Assembly: GCA_038087875.1 (NCBI GenBank)
Contig: CM075995.1
Coordinates: 8,496,001 to 8,560,000, forward strand
Direction: 5' to 3'
DNA from: Malacoraja senta
Taxonomy: Eukaryota
DNA: 64,000 nt
Part shown: positions 37,201 through 49,844 of the stretch, piece after piece
Layout of the letters: each line of letters opens with the position of its first letter
How positions within the stretch are numbered: the first letter of the stretch is position 1
Made by a program: the position numbers and the translations under genes
The notes under the pieces: generated by a model
The model's input: the letters and a program-made list of their open reading frames with translations, nothing else
Databases searched by the model: none
What the model was told of the DNA's origin: nothing

Positions 37201-38893
37201 ACCTACCAAAGAAGTTTAAAAATAACTGGATTCAGACATTACTAATTTTATATGGGACTATAAATCCCATAGAATACAAAGAACACACTTGAACAAAGCT
37301 AAAGTATTAGGGGGCTTAGCACTCCCTAACTTCATGTATTACTATTGGTCAGTAAATATTAAAAATATGATTCAACCGATGGACAACTCTGCCCAGCAAG
37401 TGGACTGGATTGTAATGGAGACAGAGGACTGCTCCTCTGGAAACATTGGAGCGATCCTCCTCTCACCAATGAAACTGAATAACATAAATTATAACAAAAA
37501 CCCAATTATACATAATACAATCAGAACTTGGAAACAAATAAAACAAAATTTAAAATTGAGAAATCTATTGCTGTTATCTCCAATAGTTAATAATCCCTCG
37601 TTTAATCCCTCTATTACAGACAAATCTTTTATACAATGGGATAGACTAGGAATTAAAACGTTCAGTGACTTGTATGAAACTGGAAAATTATTATCATTCC
37701 AACAATTACAAATAAAATATAAACTGGGAAATAATCAATATTTTAAATATTTTCATATATGTGACTATTTGAAAAAATATACAAAAGATCATTATAATAT
37801 CCCAGCAGATGTACTGGATGAAGCAATGCAGATAAAAGCTGAATCAGCAAACTTAATATCATATTTGTATAATATTATCTTAAATGTAGAAATACCATCT
37901 ATGGAAGGTATTAGAAGAGACTGGGAACAAGAATTAGCTATTACAATCTCAAAGGAAAGGTGGAATGAACATTTACTAAACGTGCATAAATGTTCGATTA
38001 ATGTAAGACACACTTTAATACAATTTAAAATTTTACATAGATTATATTATTCCAAAACTAAAATTAATAAAAATTTCCCAAATGTATCATCCATTTGTGA
38101 TAAATGTCAATCTCAAGAAGCTACTATAGCGCACTCATTTGTTTTCTGTACAAAAATTCAAAAATTTTGGATTGAAATTTTTGAAATCTTTACAAAATTA
38201 TTTAAAATAAAACTGATACCCAAAGCAGAATGGATTATCTTCGGAACAACGGAAGATAGTCCAGAACTAAATGTGTTCCAAAAGAAATTAATAGACTATG
38301 GGTTAATAACTGGAAAAAAGTTAATCCTAAAATTCTGGAAAAACGCTCCAATACCAACTATAAACATGTGGATTTCAAATATGTTCGAAACATTACACCT
38401 AGAAGAGATAAGACTCCTCCTGGCAGGTAAACCAGATCACTTCCACCTGACGTGGTCTGCATTTATAGAATTATTACAAGTATAGGGTGCAAAAGTACTT
38501 AAAAAACAAAAAACTGAGGTCAGGTAAGGGGGGATGAAAGCTGGAGAGTTGATATATCCCATTTGCGTGATGCTTACAACAAAGTATTTGTTTTTCTCTT
38601 TTCCCTCTTTCTCTTTTTTCTTCTTTTTTAGGGTCTATTTCTTAACTCTTTTTTTAAAAAGTTCTTTCTTATAGGGTCTTTGTTCTTTTTTGTTGTCACG
38701 TTTTTTACACTTTCACTTTTTCCCTTCACTTTCTTCTTTCTCTCAATCTCATCCTTTCCCTTTATTAGTGTAAAAAATGACGGAGTACATTAATCGTAAT
38801 AAGATATACGTGACGAGTACTAATGTAATTGGTTGTAATGTAATGTACTTCTAATAAATAAAAATAAAATAAAAAAACAAAAATAAAAATAAA
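34249..38893 (+). mobile_element. 5'-truncated L1-clade LINE with full-length but frameshifted ORF2 (34699-38485)
   Basis: APE motifs (SWNIRG, LQETH, GDFN, SRIDY, SDH), RT motifs (PGPDGF, DQTGF, DAEKAF, RQGCSLSP, YVDD, YLGI), C-terminal CDKC..H..C, T-rich 3'UTR and A-rich tail. 15-bp TSD AAACT(T/C)ACCAAAGTG at 34234-34248 and 38891-38905. Confidence 0.95.
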
Positions 38894-38919
38894 CTCACCA
38901 AAGTGAAAGGCCTGGATAG

Positions 38920-39490
38920 GTGAAGCGCGGCGTCGCCGGTAGCGGGGACCGCGCGGCAACGGCGAGAGCGCCGAGCCTATCCACTGGAGCGCCGCACGGA
39001 TGCTGCGCGGGGGCCGAGTAATTCAAACACGGCGGGTCCCACGTGCTTGCGGTAAGTAAAAAAAAGGGCGGGCCGACTGCGATGACGTCGGCCCGCCGCA
39101 CGTGACTCACCAGCGGCGGCTGTGGCGGCGGGCATCCTGATCGCGGCGCTGTAGCGGTGGCTGTGCCTGCGGCCGTGCCGCACACGTGCCTCACTGGCGG
39201 AGGCACGTGCCTCACTGGCGGAGGCTGTGGCAGTGGAGGTTTGACGCACGGCGCACAAGCCACACTGGCGGCGGCCCGTGCGGGCGGCCGTGCCGCACTC
39301 GTGCATCACTGGTGGAGGTTGTGCGGTGAGTATATAGTTTTCGACATTGTCGGTTTTATTTTAGCACCGTGCGGTGTTGGGAACACCGCCGCACGGCCCC
39401 GGAATTGTACGTTCTCACGAGTGCGCGGTCTATGGCGGCAGATTCTTCCCGTTTCGCCGCCAATGACCGCAGACTCGTGAGACAGGCCTT
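38920..39490. promoter_or_regulatory. CpG-rich island, candidate DNAJC13 promoter/non-coding first exon
   Basis: High CpG density, four CACGTG, TGACGTC, and a - strand donor CTG|GTGAGT at 39111/39110. However, the right end resembles the Harbinger MITE TIR. Confidence 0.4.
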
Positions 39491-39954
39491 TAAGAAACAG
39501 TTAGACAGGTACATGGATAGGACAGGTTTGGAGGGATATGGACCAAGCGCAGGCAGGTGGGACTAGTGTAGCTGGAAATGTTGGGCCGAAGGGCCTGTTT
39601 CCACACTGTACCATTCTATGACTCTAGGACTAGAGATCATAGCCTCAGAATCAAAGGGCGTTCCTTTAGGAAGGAGATGAGGAATTTCTTTAGTCAGAGG
39701 ATGGTGAATCTGTAGAATTCTTTGCCACAGAAGGCTGTGGAGGCCAGGTCAATGGATATTTTTAAGGCAGAGATAGATAGATTCTTGATTAGAACGGGTC
39801 AGGGGATATGGGTAAAATGCAGGAGAGTGGGGTTAGGAGTGTGAGATAGATCAGCCATGATTGAATGGTGTTGACTTGATGGGCCGAATGGCTAATTGTG
39901 CTTCTATTATTTATGACCTTACATGTACACAGTTGTCGGCAGGTGCTGACTTCC

Positions 39955-40750
39955 ATTTTTTTCCTTTTTTTAAATTTATTTTTTATTTTTATTTAAATAT
40001 TTTAATTTTACTAGAAGTAAGTACAATTGTATACAATCATATTTTCATAATACATTTTATGTACAGCTTCTTATTTTTTTAATTTTTATAATAAAGAAGA
40101 AAAAGAAAAAGAGGTTAGATAATGAAAAATAGAAAAATGTGAGATATATAGTGTGTGGAAAAGAAAAATAGAGAGTGAAAGAAGAAAGTTAAAGAATAGA
40201 AAATAGGAAAAAGAGAATAAAAGAAGGGAAGAAAAAGAAAAAAGAAGTAAGGAGATCTTATTTATAATCTTGACCATCCCTCGCCCAGTCACGAGTTCGC
40301 TTTTACAATTGTGTTGCACCATATGATTCCAAAAAGACGACAAATGGAGACCAACTCGTTGTGAATTGGTCAAATTTATCTATTAGGAGGAATCGCATTT
40401 CCTCAAGATGTACGGTGTCCAACATACTTGCAATCCACATTTTGAGCGTTGGTATTGGTGTATTTTTCCAAAATTTCAATATTAATTTTTTTGCTATTAT
40501 TAAACCATAATTAAAAAATAATTTTTGAGATGGATTCAATTTATTCCCATCTTCCATTACCCCAAATATAATCAATTCATTATTAGGTTCCATTTTTATC
40601 TTAATAATGTTGTGAATATTTCGAAAATATCACTCCAAAATCTATAAAGTTTTATACAGGAAACAAAAGAGTGTGTTATAGTTGCATCTTGGGTTAAACA
40701 TTTATCGCAAGTGGGGGATATATTTGGGTAGAATTTATTTAATCTTGTTT
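39955..40750 (-). mobile_element. L1 3' fragment
   Basis: ORF2 C-terminus (ELIIFG..KKLILKFWKNTPIPTLKMW), T-rich 3'UTR and A tail on the - strand. Confidence 0.9.
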
Positions 40751-41061
40751 TTTTTTTCTTGTTAAACTAATGATTCTATTTCAAATTTTATGTCGAAGGG
40801 GGGGGGGGGGTCCGGTCGCCGTTTTATCGGCGACCTGCTACGACTATGACAGTCGATAGCCTGTGGGACAGGCCATTAGTTGAAGAAGGGTCTCGACCCG
40901 AAATGTCACCCATTCATTCCTTCTCTCCAGCGATGCTGCCTGACCCGCTGAGTTACTCCAGCATTTTATGTCTATCTTCCTGTCTATCAATCCTCTTTAG
41001 CAATTTGTGAAATTGCAGAATTGCAGGTGTAAATAATTGATTATGCTTCAAATGTCAGGCA

Positions 41062-41490
41062 GATCTGGAGAACATGGATAGGTGACGTTTCACACAGTGC
41101 TGGAGTAACTCAGTTGGTCAGGCAGCATCTGTGGAGAACATGGATAGGTGACGTTTCACACAGTGCTGGAGTACTCAGCGGGTCAGGCAGCATCTGTGGA
41201 GAACATGGATAGGTGACGTTCACCTCAGTGCTGAGTAACTCAGCGGGTCAGGCAGCATCTGTGGTGAACATGGATAGGTGACTTTTCACACAGTGCTGGA
41301 GTAACTCAGTGGGTCAGGCAGCATCTGTGGAGAACATGGATAGGTGACGTTTCACAGAGTGCTGGAGTAACTCAGCGGGTCAGGCAGCATGTGGAGAACA
41401 TGGATAGGTGACGTTTCACTCAGTGCTGGAGAACTCAGTGGGTCAGGCAGCATCTGTGGAGAGAAGGAATGGGTGATGTTTCAGGTCAAG
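41062..41490 (-). repeat. 66-bp array
   Basis: About 6 slightly diverged units. Confidence 0.93.
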
Positions 41491-41749
41491 ACTCAGATCA
41501 TTTACGTCGTCACATTTCACAATGCTCTGTATAGCTCCTGATATCCAACTATTATGCACAATATGAAGATTTCATGGTTACTAGAGGAAGTTTAACTGAG
41601 TTAAATAAGGGACATGACTTTGTTTTTTGTTTTTGGAGAAGTATCCAAAAATGTTGAGGCTGGGTGAAAGACACAATCTGTATCTACTTCAGGCAAGTTT
41701 AGTTTAGAGACAGAGCATTGAAACCCTTCGGCCCATCGAGTCCGCTGAG

Positions 41750-42000
41750 ATGGAGATGTCTCGACCGACTGCGAACCTGGGGGGCGGTCAAGGGTGCCAA
41801 TGCACAAATGGGCCGTGTCGCGGGTATAACAACCTGTGACTGTGGCGCACAGACCCCAGACATGCAACACCTACTGCAATGCCCATTGCTGGATAGCCCA
41901 TGCACTACTGCAGACCTTGCACTTAACACTCCAACAGCGCAACGACGTGTGCAGCAGTGGCGAGTCACTATATAGCATAAGGACACAGAAGAAAGAAGAA
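41750..42000 (+). mobile_element. 3' end of a Vingi/Ingi- or RTEX-type non-LTR element
   Basis: WRCLDRLRT..(frameshift) MHKW..CDCG..MQHLLQCP..CTTADL, stop codon, then GGACACAGAAGAAAGAAGAA tail. Confidence 0.6.
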
Positions 42001-42059
42001 CAACACTATCACGCACGCGCCCGCGCGCACACACACACACAATTTTTTTTTGCATTCCT

Positions 42060-44690
42060 TTGGTCTCCTAATTTGAGGAAGGACATCCTTGTGATTGAGG
42101 CAGTGCAGCGTTGGTTCACGAGATTGATCCCTGGGATGGCGGGACTGTCATATGAGGAAAGATTGAAAAGACTAGGCTTGTATTCACTGGAGTTTAGAAG
42201 GATGAATGGGGATCTTATAGAAACATATAAAATTATAAAAGGACTGGACAAGCTAGATGCAGGAAAAATGTTCCCAATGTTGGGGCAGTCCAGAACCAGG
42301 GCCACAGTCTTAGAATAAAGGGGAGGTCATTAAGACTGAGGTGAGAAAAAAACCTTTTCACCCAGAGAGTTGTGAATTTGTGGAATTCCCTGCCACAGAG
42401 GACAGTGAGGGCCAAGTCACCTGGATGGATTTAAGAGAGAGTTAGATAGAGCTCTAGGGGCTAGTGGAGTCAAGGATATGGGGAGAAGGCAGGCACGGGT
42501 TATTGATAGGGGACGATCAGCCATGATCACAATGAGTGGAGGTGCTGGCTCGAAGGGCCGAATGGCCTCCTCCTGCACCTATTTTCTATGTTTCTTCTAC
42601 CCCAGCCAATTAACCTACAAACCTGCACGCCTTTGGAGTGCGGGAGGAAACGAAAGATCATTGGAGAAAACCCACGCAGCTCACGGGGAGAACGTACAAA
42701 CTCCGTACAGACAGCACCCGTAGTCGGGATGGAACCTGGGACTCTGGCGCTGTAAGTGCTGTAAGACAGCAAGTCTACCGCTGCGCCACCCTGATAGGAT
42801 TCCCATGGTAGGCAGCTGTGGAAGGTTAGATCAGGCGGCGTCCAGGACAGCGAGCTGCCTGGATACATAATTGGCTTCATGAAGGAAGCAGAGAGGATCG
42901 TGTTGAGTTGTTTTTCGGACTGGAGGCGTGTGGTCTGCCTCGGGAATCGCTGCTGGGTTCACTGCTGCTGGTGGTTTCCATGCCAATGATTTGGATGAGA
43001 ACGTACAATTAGTAAGTTTGCAGATGGCGCTGAAATAGGTGGTGTTGCAGACAGTGAAGATGGCTATCGGTGAAGGGTGATCTTAGAGATTAGAGATTAG
43101 AGATTCCTTTATTTGTCATTCAGACCTTTCGGTCTGAACGAAATTTCGTGGAGGTATATACAATCACGAGGGGAATGGGTTAGGTGAATGCACCTCTTCA
43201 ATGGCAAGTTATTGCCACATGTACTGAGGTACAAGAGTTATGACAATAGACAATAGACAATAGGTGCAGGAGTAGGCCATTCGGCCCTTCGAGCCAGCAC
43301 CGCCATTCAATGTGATCATGGCTGATCATCCCCAATCAGTACCCTGTTCCTGCCTTCTCCCCATATCCCCTGACTCCGCTATCTTTAAGAGCCCTATCTA
43401 GCTCTCTCCACCGCCCGCTGAGGCAGAGAATTCAACAGACTCACCACTCTCTGTGAGAAAAGTGTTTCCTCGTCTCCGTTCTAAAAAGTTCCCAGATTGG
43501 CACCATTTTCAAGTCTCAGGTGTTGTAAGTGCAAAGGTTCTTAACCCGAACATGAAGGGCCCGTCCGTTGTCCTGGTGGCGTTACAGGGTCGGCCTGGCC
43601 AAGTGTAGCTGTTGGTGTTGTCCACCTCTGCTCCCTGCTGCTGCAGGCAGCATCCAGTCCGCACCGTCGGCCTCTTTAGACTCTGGAGGTACAGAGTATA
43701 GAGGAAGCAGGCCCTTCGGACCACCGAGTTCGCGCGACCAGCGATCCCCACACTATCCTACGCACCAGGGACAATTTACAGTATTTACCGAAGCCATTAA
43801 CCTGCAAACTGTCTGTCTTTAGAATGTGGGAAGGAAACCGGAGCACCTGGAGGATACCCACACAGTCCTCCACAGACAATACACAAACACAGTAACGACA
43901 CCACCTCCAGTCAAGATCAAACCTGGATCTCTGGTACTGTAAGGCAGCAGCTCTAACGCTGCACCATTGTGTCCCCTAATTCTGCCTCTTGGATCAGCGC
44001 CTGACCTAGCCGAGCCCCAGGCTACAGCAGGGCCTCCAGCGGCCCCACTCCACCCTCCGGTGCAGCACACTGCCTCCCGCATCAGACTCCTTCCTCTCCA
44101 GTCCAAGGGGCCAGGTTCAGCGGCTTCCCTCTCAAGTCAAGTCAAGTCAAGAAAGGAATTTGAGGAAGGACATTCTTGCTATTGAGGGAGTGCAGCGTCG
44201 GTTTACAAGGTTAATTCCCGGGATGGCGGGACTGTCATATGCTGAGAGAATGGAGCGGCTGGGCTTGTACACTCTGGAGTTTAGAAGGATGAGAGGGTAT
44301 CTCATTGAAACATCTAAGATTGTTAAGGCTTGGACACGCTAGAGGCAGGGAAACATGTTCCCGATGTTGGGGGAGTCCTGAACCAAGGGCCACAGTTTAA
44401 GAATAAGGAGTAAGCCATTTAGAACGGAGACGAGGAAACACTTTTACTCACAGAGAGTGGTGAGTCTGTGGAATTTTCTGCCTCAGAGGGCGGTGGAGGC
44501 AGGTTCTCTGGACTGCTTTCAAGAGAGAGTTAGATAGGGCTCTTAAAAATAGCAGAGTCAGTGGATATGGGGAGAAGGCAGGAACGGGCTACTGATTGGG
44601 GATGATCAGCCATGATCACATTGAATGGCGGTGCTGGCTCGAAGGGCCGAATGGCCTACTCCTGCACCTATTGTCTATTGTCCATTGTCT
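42060..44690. mobile_element. CR1 fragments and V-SINEs (42060-42590 +, 43243-43485 -, 44158-44690 +)
   Basis: ORF2 C-terminal motifs; V-SINE bodies at 42600-42790 and 43690-43968. Confidence 0.8.
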
Positions 44691-45259
44691 ATTTTTGTCA
44701 TGTGTCCCAGATAGGACAATGAAATTCTGGGCAGCTTCATAAGATCACAAGTATTATATGTGATAGGACCTGAATTAGGCCATTCGGCCCATCAAGCCAA
44801 CTCCGCCATTCAATCATGGCTGATCTATTTCTCTCTCCTAACCCCATTCTCCTGCCCTCTCCCCATAACCCCTGACACCCGTACTAATCAAGAATCTCTC
44901 TCTCTAACGTAAAAATATCCATTGACTTGGCCTCCACAAAGTTGTTTCCGAGATCTTTTCCGAGTGAAAGAATTCCACTGGTTGCAGGATGGACAAACCA
45001 AGCCTGCTCTCCAGGTGTGGCCGTGGCCCTACTTTTTCCAATGGGAGTGGAATCGAGAATCAGAGAGCAGAGGCTTAAAGTGAAGAGGGAAAGAATGAAA
45101 AGGCACCTGAGGGACTACCTTTCACAGAGGGCGGTGGGTACATGGAATGAGTTGGCAGTTTCAGTTAGTTTATTGTCACGTGAAAAGCTTTTGTTGCGTG
45201 CTAACCAGTCAGCGGAAAGACTATACACGATTACAATTGAGCCATTTACAGTGTATAGA

Positions 45260-46310
45260 TGGTCCCAGAACACTGGTGCAATCATAAAGGAAGCACATCA
45301 GCGCCTCTGCTTCCTGAGAAGATTACAGAGAGTCGGTTTGTCAAGGAGGACTCTCTCGGACTTCTACAGGTGCACAGTAGAGAGCATGATGACCCGGTTG
45401 CATCATGGCATGGTTCGGCAACTTGAGCGTCCAGGAGCGGAAAAGGCTGCAAAAAGCTGTAAACACTGCCCAGTCCATCATCGTCTCTGACCTCCCTACC
45501 ATCGAGGGGATCTATCGCAGGCGCTGCCTCAAAAAGGCTGGCAGTATCATCAAGGACCCACACCATCCTGGCCACACACTCATCTCTCCGTTGCCATCGG
45601 GAAGAAGGTACAGGGGCTTGAAATCTGGAACATCCAGGTTCAGGAACAGCTGCTTCCCCACAGCCATCAGACTATTAAACACAACATCAAATAAGCTCTG
45701 AACAATAACAGCCTATTGCACTTTATCTATTTATTTATGTGTGTATATATATTCTATGGGGATATGGACACACTGATCTGATCTGTATTTATGCCTACAA
45801 TATTCTGTTGTGCTGCAGCAAGCAAGAATTTCGTTGTCCTATCTGGGACACATGACAATAAACTCTCTTGACTTGACTTGACTTGACTAGAAACATGATA
45901 AGGGAGTAACGTTTAGTGCAAGGTAAAGCCAGCAAAGCCTGATCAAAGATAGTCCGAGGGTCACCATTGAGGTAGATAGTAGTTCAGCACCGCTCTCTGG
46001 TTGTGGTAGGATGATTCAGTTGCCTGATAACAGCCGGGAAGAAACTGTCCCTGAATCTGGAGGTGTGCGTTTTCACACTTCTGTACCTTTCTGTACCTTT
46101 TGCCCGATGGGAGAAGAGGGAGTGGCCAGGGTGCGACTGGTCCTTGATTATGCTGCTGGCCTTGCCGAGACAGCGTGAGGTGTAAATGGAGTCGATGGGA
46201 GGGGAGGTTGGTTTGCGCGATGGTCTGGGCTGCGTCCACAATTCGCTGCAATTTCTTGCGGTCTTGGATGGAGCTGTTCCCAAACCGAGCTGCGATGCGT
46301 CCCCCGATAA
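45260..46310. mobile_element. Rex1/Babar fragments tail-to-tail (45260-45890 +, 45895-46310 -)
   Basis: AWFGN..IIKD..HPGH..RFRNS/RFRDSFFP. Confidence 0.85.
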
Positions 46311-47071
46311 AATGGCAGAGGAGGCAGTTGAGGCAGGGTCCATGACATTTAAGGGACTTTTCAGCGGGTACATGGTGAGCAAAGGTTGGGAGCAGCATTG
46401 GTTAATGGGACGCGCTTCGATAGAGCATCCTGGTTGCATGCACTCGTTGGGCTGAAGGGCCTGTGTCCGTGCGGTTGGACTCTGACGTACAAATTGAGTG
46501 CATAAATGATGGACATATTTAACTCCTGAAACGGGGCTTAATGGTCTATGAATATTTAATGCCACAATTCCAGTGACCTTGGACGATACGATAGAACTTT
46601 ATTTATCCCAGGAGGGAAATTGATGAAACACAAGAAACATGAAATTAAAGTGACGAGTGGAAAGGATTGGGGATGAGTAAATGTTTAAGAAAGAACTGCA
46701 GATGCGATTGAAGGTAGACAAAAATGCTGGAGAGACTCAGCGGGTGAGGCAGCATCTATGGAGCGAAGGAATAGGCGACGTTTCGTGTCGAGACCCTTCT
46801 TCATGAGTAAAGGTCAGGTCGGGGGGGGAGTTCCCCCCCGCCACGGGTCCCATGTAATCCCGTGCTACCCGCTCCATGGTCGGATAGTCGGCGACTAAAC
46901 CGTCTCCCCCACCTGGTTTGCCAGGTGAAGAGGGGGCTGTGGGACCCCCAGCAGGACCAAAAACAAGACCTGTCAAAGGGCGGATGAGCTCCTAGCGAGC
47001 CAACGGCCATCCACACTTCAGTAGAAGTTGCGATCACTGTCGTACACGGCATTGTAAGGAACGATGATAAA

Positions 47072-47410
47072 GCACACACACGCACACACACACACGCACG
47101 CGCGCACACACACACGCACGCGCGCACACACACGCACGCGCGCACACACACAGAGACACACACACACATACACACACACAGACACACACACGCACACACG
47201 CACGCACAAACACGCACACACACGCACACACGCACACACACACAAACACGCACACACACACACACACACACACGCACACCCACACACGCACACGCGCGCA
47301 CACACACACACAGACACACACACACACACACACACACACACCGACACACACACACACACACACACAGACAGACACACACACACAGACACACACACACACA
47401 GACACACAGA

Positions 47411-47449
<39 letters not shown>

Positions 47450-47473
47450 ACAGACAGACACACGCACACACGC
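47072..47473. repeat. (CA)n-rich compound microsatellite
   Basis: Direct reading. Confidence 0.97.
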
Positions 47474-49844
47474 AAAAACACTATACTTCCAGCGGCGGAA
47501 GTCCGCAGGAACTGGAGGACAGAGATGTGTGGTGCGTCCGTCACCGTTCCCATTGGAAACCAGGACCACTGCGTCGCTAATGTTTTCAAACGATGACGAA
47601 TGAATCGTGAAGATTGGGGAGGGAGGGTAGGAGGGGTGAGGGGAGTCAGTCTACCCCACGACAGAAGGAGGAGGAGTTGTACAGTTTGATAGCCACAGGG
47701 GAAAAGGATCCTGTGGCGTTCTGTGCTGCATCTAGGTTCTCCTCAGGTTGACCAGTTTGTCATGGAGGGGGTGAGCTGTATTGTCCAGTTTGGGGAGCAT
47801 CCTCCCCTCGGAGACCTCCCCCCCCCATGAATCCAACTCCAACTCTGCCCCCAGGACGGAGCCAGCCTTCCTGATGAGTTTGTTGATCCTGTCGGAGTCC
47901 GCAGCCTTCGCCCTGCTGCCCCGGCACACGGCAGCGAAGAAGATGGTGCTGGCTACCACCGATCGGTAGATGGGAGAATGGATGTAAACCCTCAGGATTT
48001 ATTGTTGCATTTATGCCACGAACTAGTTAATGTTTAGTTTATAGTTTAGTTTCGTTTAGTGATGCAGCGCGGAAACGGGCCCTTCGGGTCTGCGCCGACC
48101 AGCCGCGATCCCTGCACATTAACACTATCCTACACCCACACTAGGGACAATTTCTATATTTACCAAGCCAATTAGCCTACAAACCTGTACGTCTTTGGAG
48201 TGTGGGAGGAAACCAAAGATCTCGGAGAAAACCCACGCGGGTCATGGGGAGGACGTACAAACTCCGTACAGACAAGCACCCGTAGTCGGGATCGAACCCG
48301 GGTCTCTGGCGCTGCATTGGCTGTAAGGCAGCAACTCTAAGTAGTAAGTAAGTTTATTGGCCAAGTATTCACATACAAGGAATTTGCCTTGGTGCTCCGC
48401 CCACAAGTAACAACATGACATACAGTGACAGTTACGAATGACTCAGAAAACACTAAACATTAATAATAATAAAACATGGATGATAAAACACCATTGTGAA
48501 CCAACAAAATACCAGATCAACCGCTGCGCCACCGTGTCCACTAAGAGCATTCTTGTTTTTTTAACCAATGATTGATTTGCCCAAGCTATGTTTTCGAGAA
48601 ATAAAATTGTAAACCAAAGTAAGTTTGCATTAAGCAGGATGAATTTGTGGTTTAATCCAATTTTCTTGAAATGAGGACCTTCCAATCCATTTGCCTAAGT
48701 GCTCAAATATCTTTTTTATTTCCTCAGGATTGACATTGTGATTACTAGAATTGCTTGAGTGAACTTGAATCAGTTAGAGAATGTTCCCTTTGGAATCGTA
48801 TCGGCAATACGTATATTGCAGGCAGTGCAATAGAAGCGATCATGTAAAGGGCGAGCATAGCACAAGTGCGAAAACACACACCTCCAGATTCAGGGGCAGT
48901 TTCTTCCCAGCTGTTATCAGGCAACTGAACCATCCTACCACAACCAGAGCGCAGTGCTGAACTGTTCACAAGTTATAGTAGAATTAGGCCATTCGGCCCA
49001 CTGAGTCTTCTCTGCCTCAGTGGAGGCGGGTTCTCTGGATACTTTCAAGAGAGAGCTAGATAGGGCTCTTAAAAATAGCGGAGTCAGGCGATATGGGGAG
49101 AAGGCAGGAACGGGGTACTGATTGGGGATGATCAGCCATGATCACATTGAATGGCTCGAAGGGCCGAATGGCCTACTCCTGCACCTATTGTCTATTGAGT
49201 CTACTCCGCCATTCAATCATGGCTGATCTCTGCCCCCTTATCCCATACAAGTTCACAAGTTATACATTTGCCATGAACTGTGTAGGAAGGAACTGCAGAT
49301 GCTGGTTTACATCGAAGGGAGACACAAAACGCTGGAGTAACACAGTGGGTCTGACGGCATCTCTGGAGAAAAGGTTTCCTTTTCTCCAGAGATGCTGTCT
49401 GACCCGCTGAGTTACTCCAGCGTTTTGTGTCTATCAGTAGTCCTGAACTACTATCAACCTTATTGGGGACCCTCGGACTATCCTTGATTGGACTTTACTG
49501 GTTTTACTTTGCAAGAAACGTTATTCCCGTAGCGTGGATCAATATCCTGTAAACGGCACGATGGCAATCATGTATTGTCTTTCTGCTGACAGGTGAGCAC
49601 GCAACAAAGGCTTTTCACTGTACCTTGGTACACGTGACAATAAACTCAACTAATATGAGGGGGGGGGAATGAATGGTGCTTCAAATCCTAAGAACACCAG
49701 TGGCTGCTATACAATCATTAAAGTTGCTGTCAATCTTTGGAATTTTTTTCAAGCACTTAGTTTAGAGATGCTGCCCGGAAACACACCCTTCAGCCCACCG
49801 AGTCCGCACCGACCAGAGATGTAGGTTCATTGGATTCTGTAAAG

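Noticed and set aside
47475..47520. ETS-like CGGAAGT motif as a promoter
   Set aside because: A single motif without a CpG island or other support.
46801..47603. CV-repeat and HT-repeat ORFs up to 262 aa
   Set aside because: Translations of a (CA)n tract.
48705..48800. Acceptor-like CTTTTTTATTTCCTCAG as a MYO10 or DNAJC13 exon
   Set aside because: Downstream frames stop quickly and match neither protein; no convincing donor.
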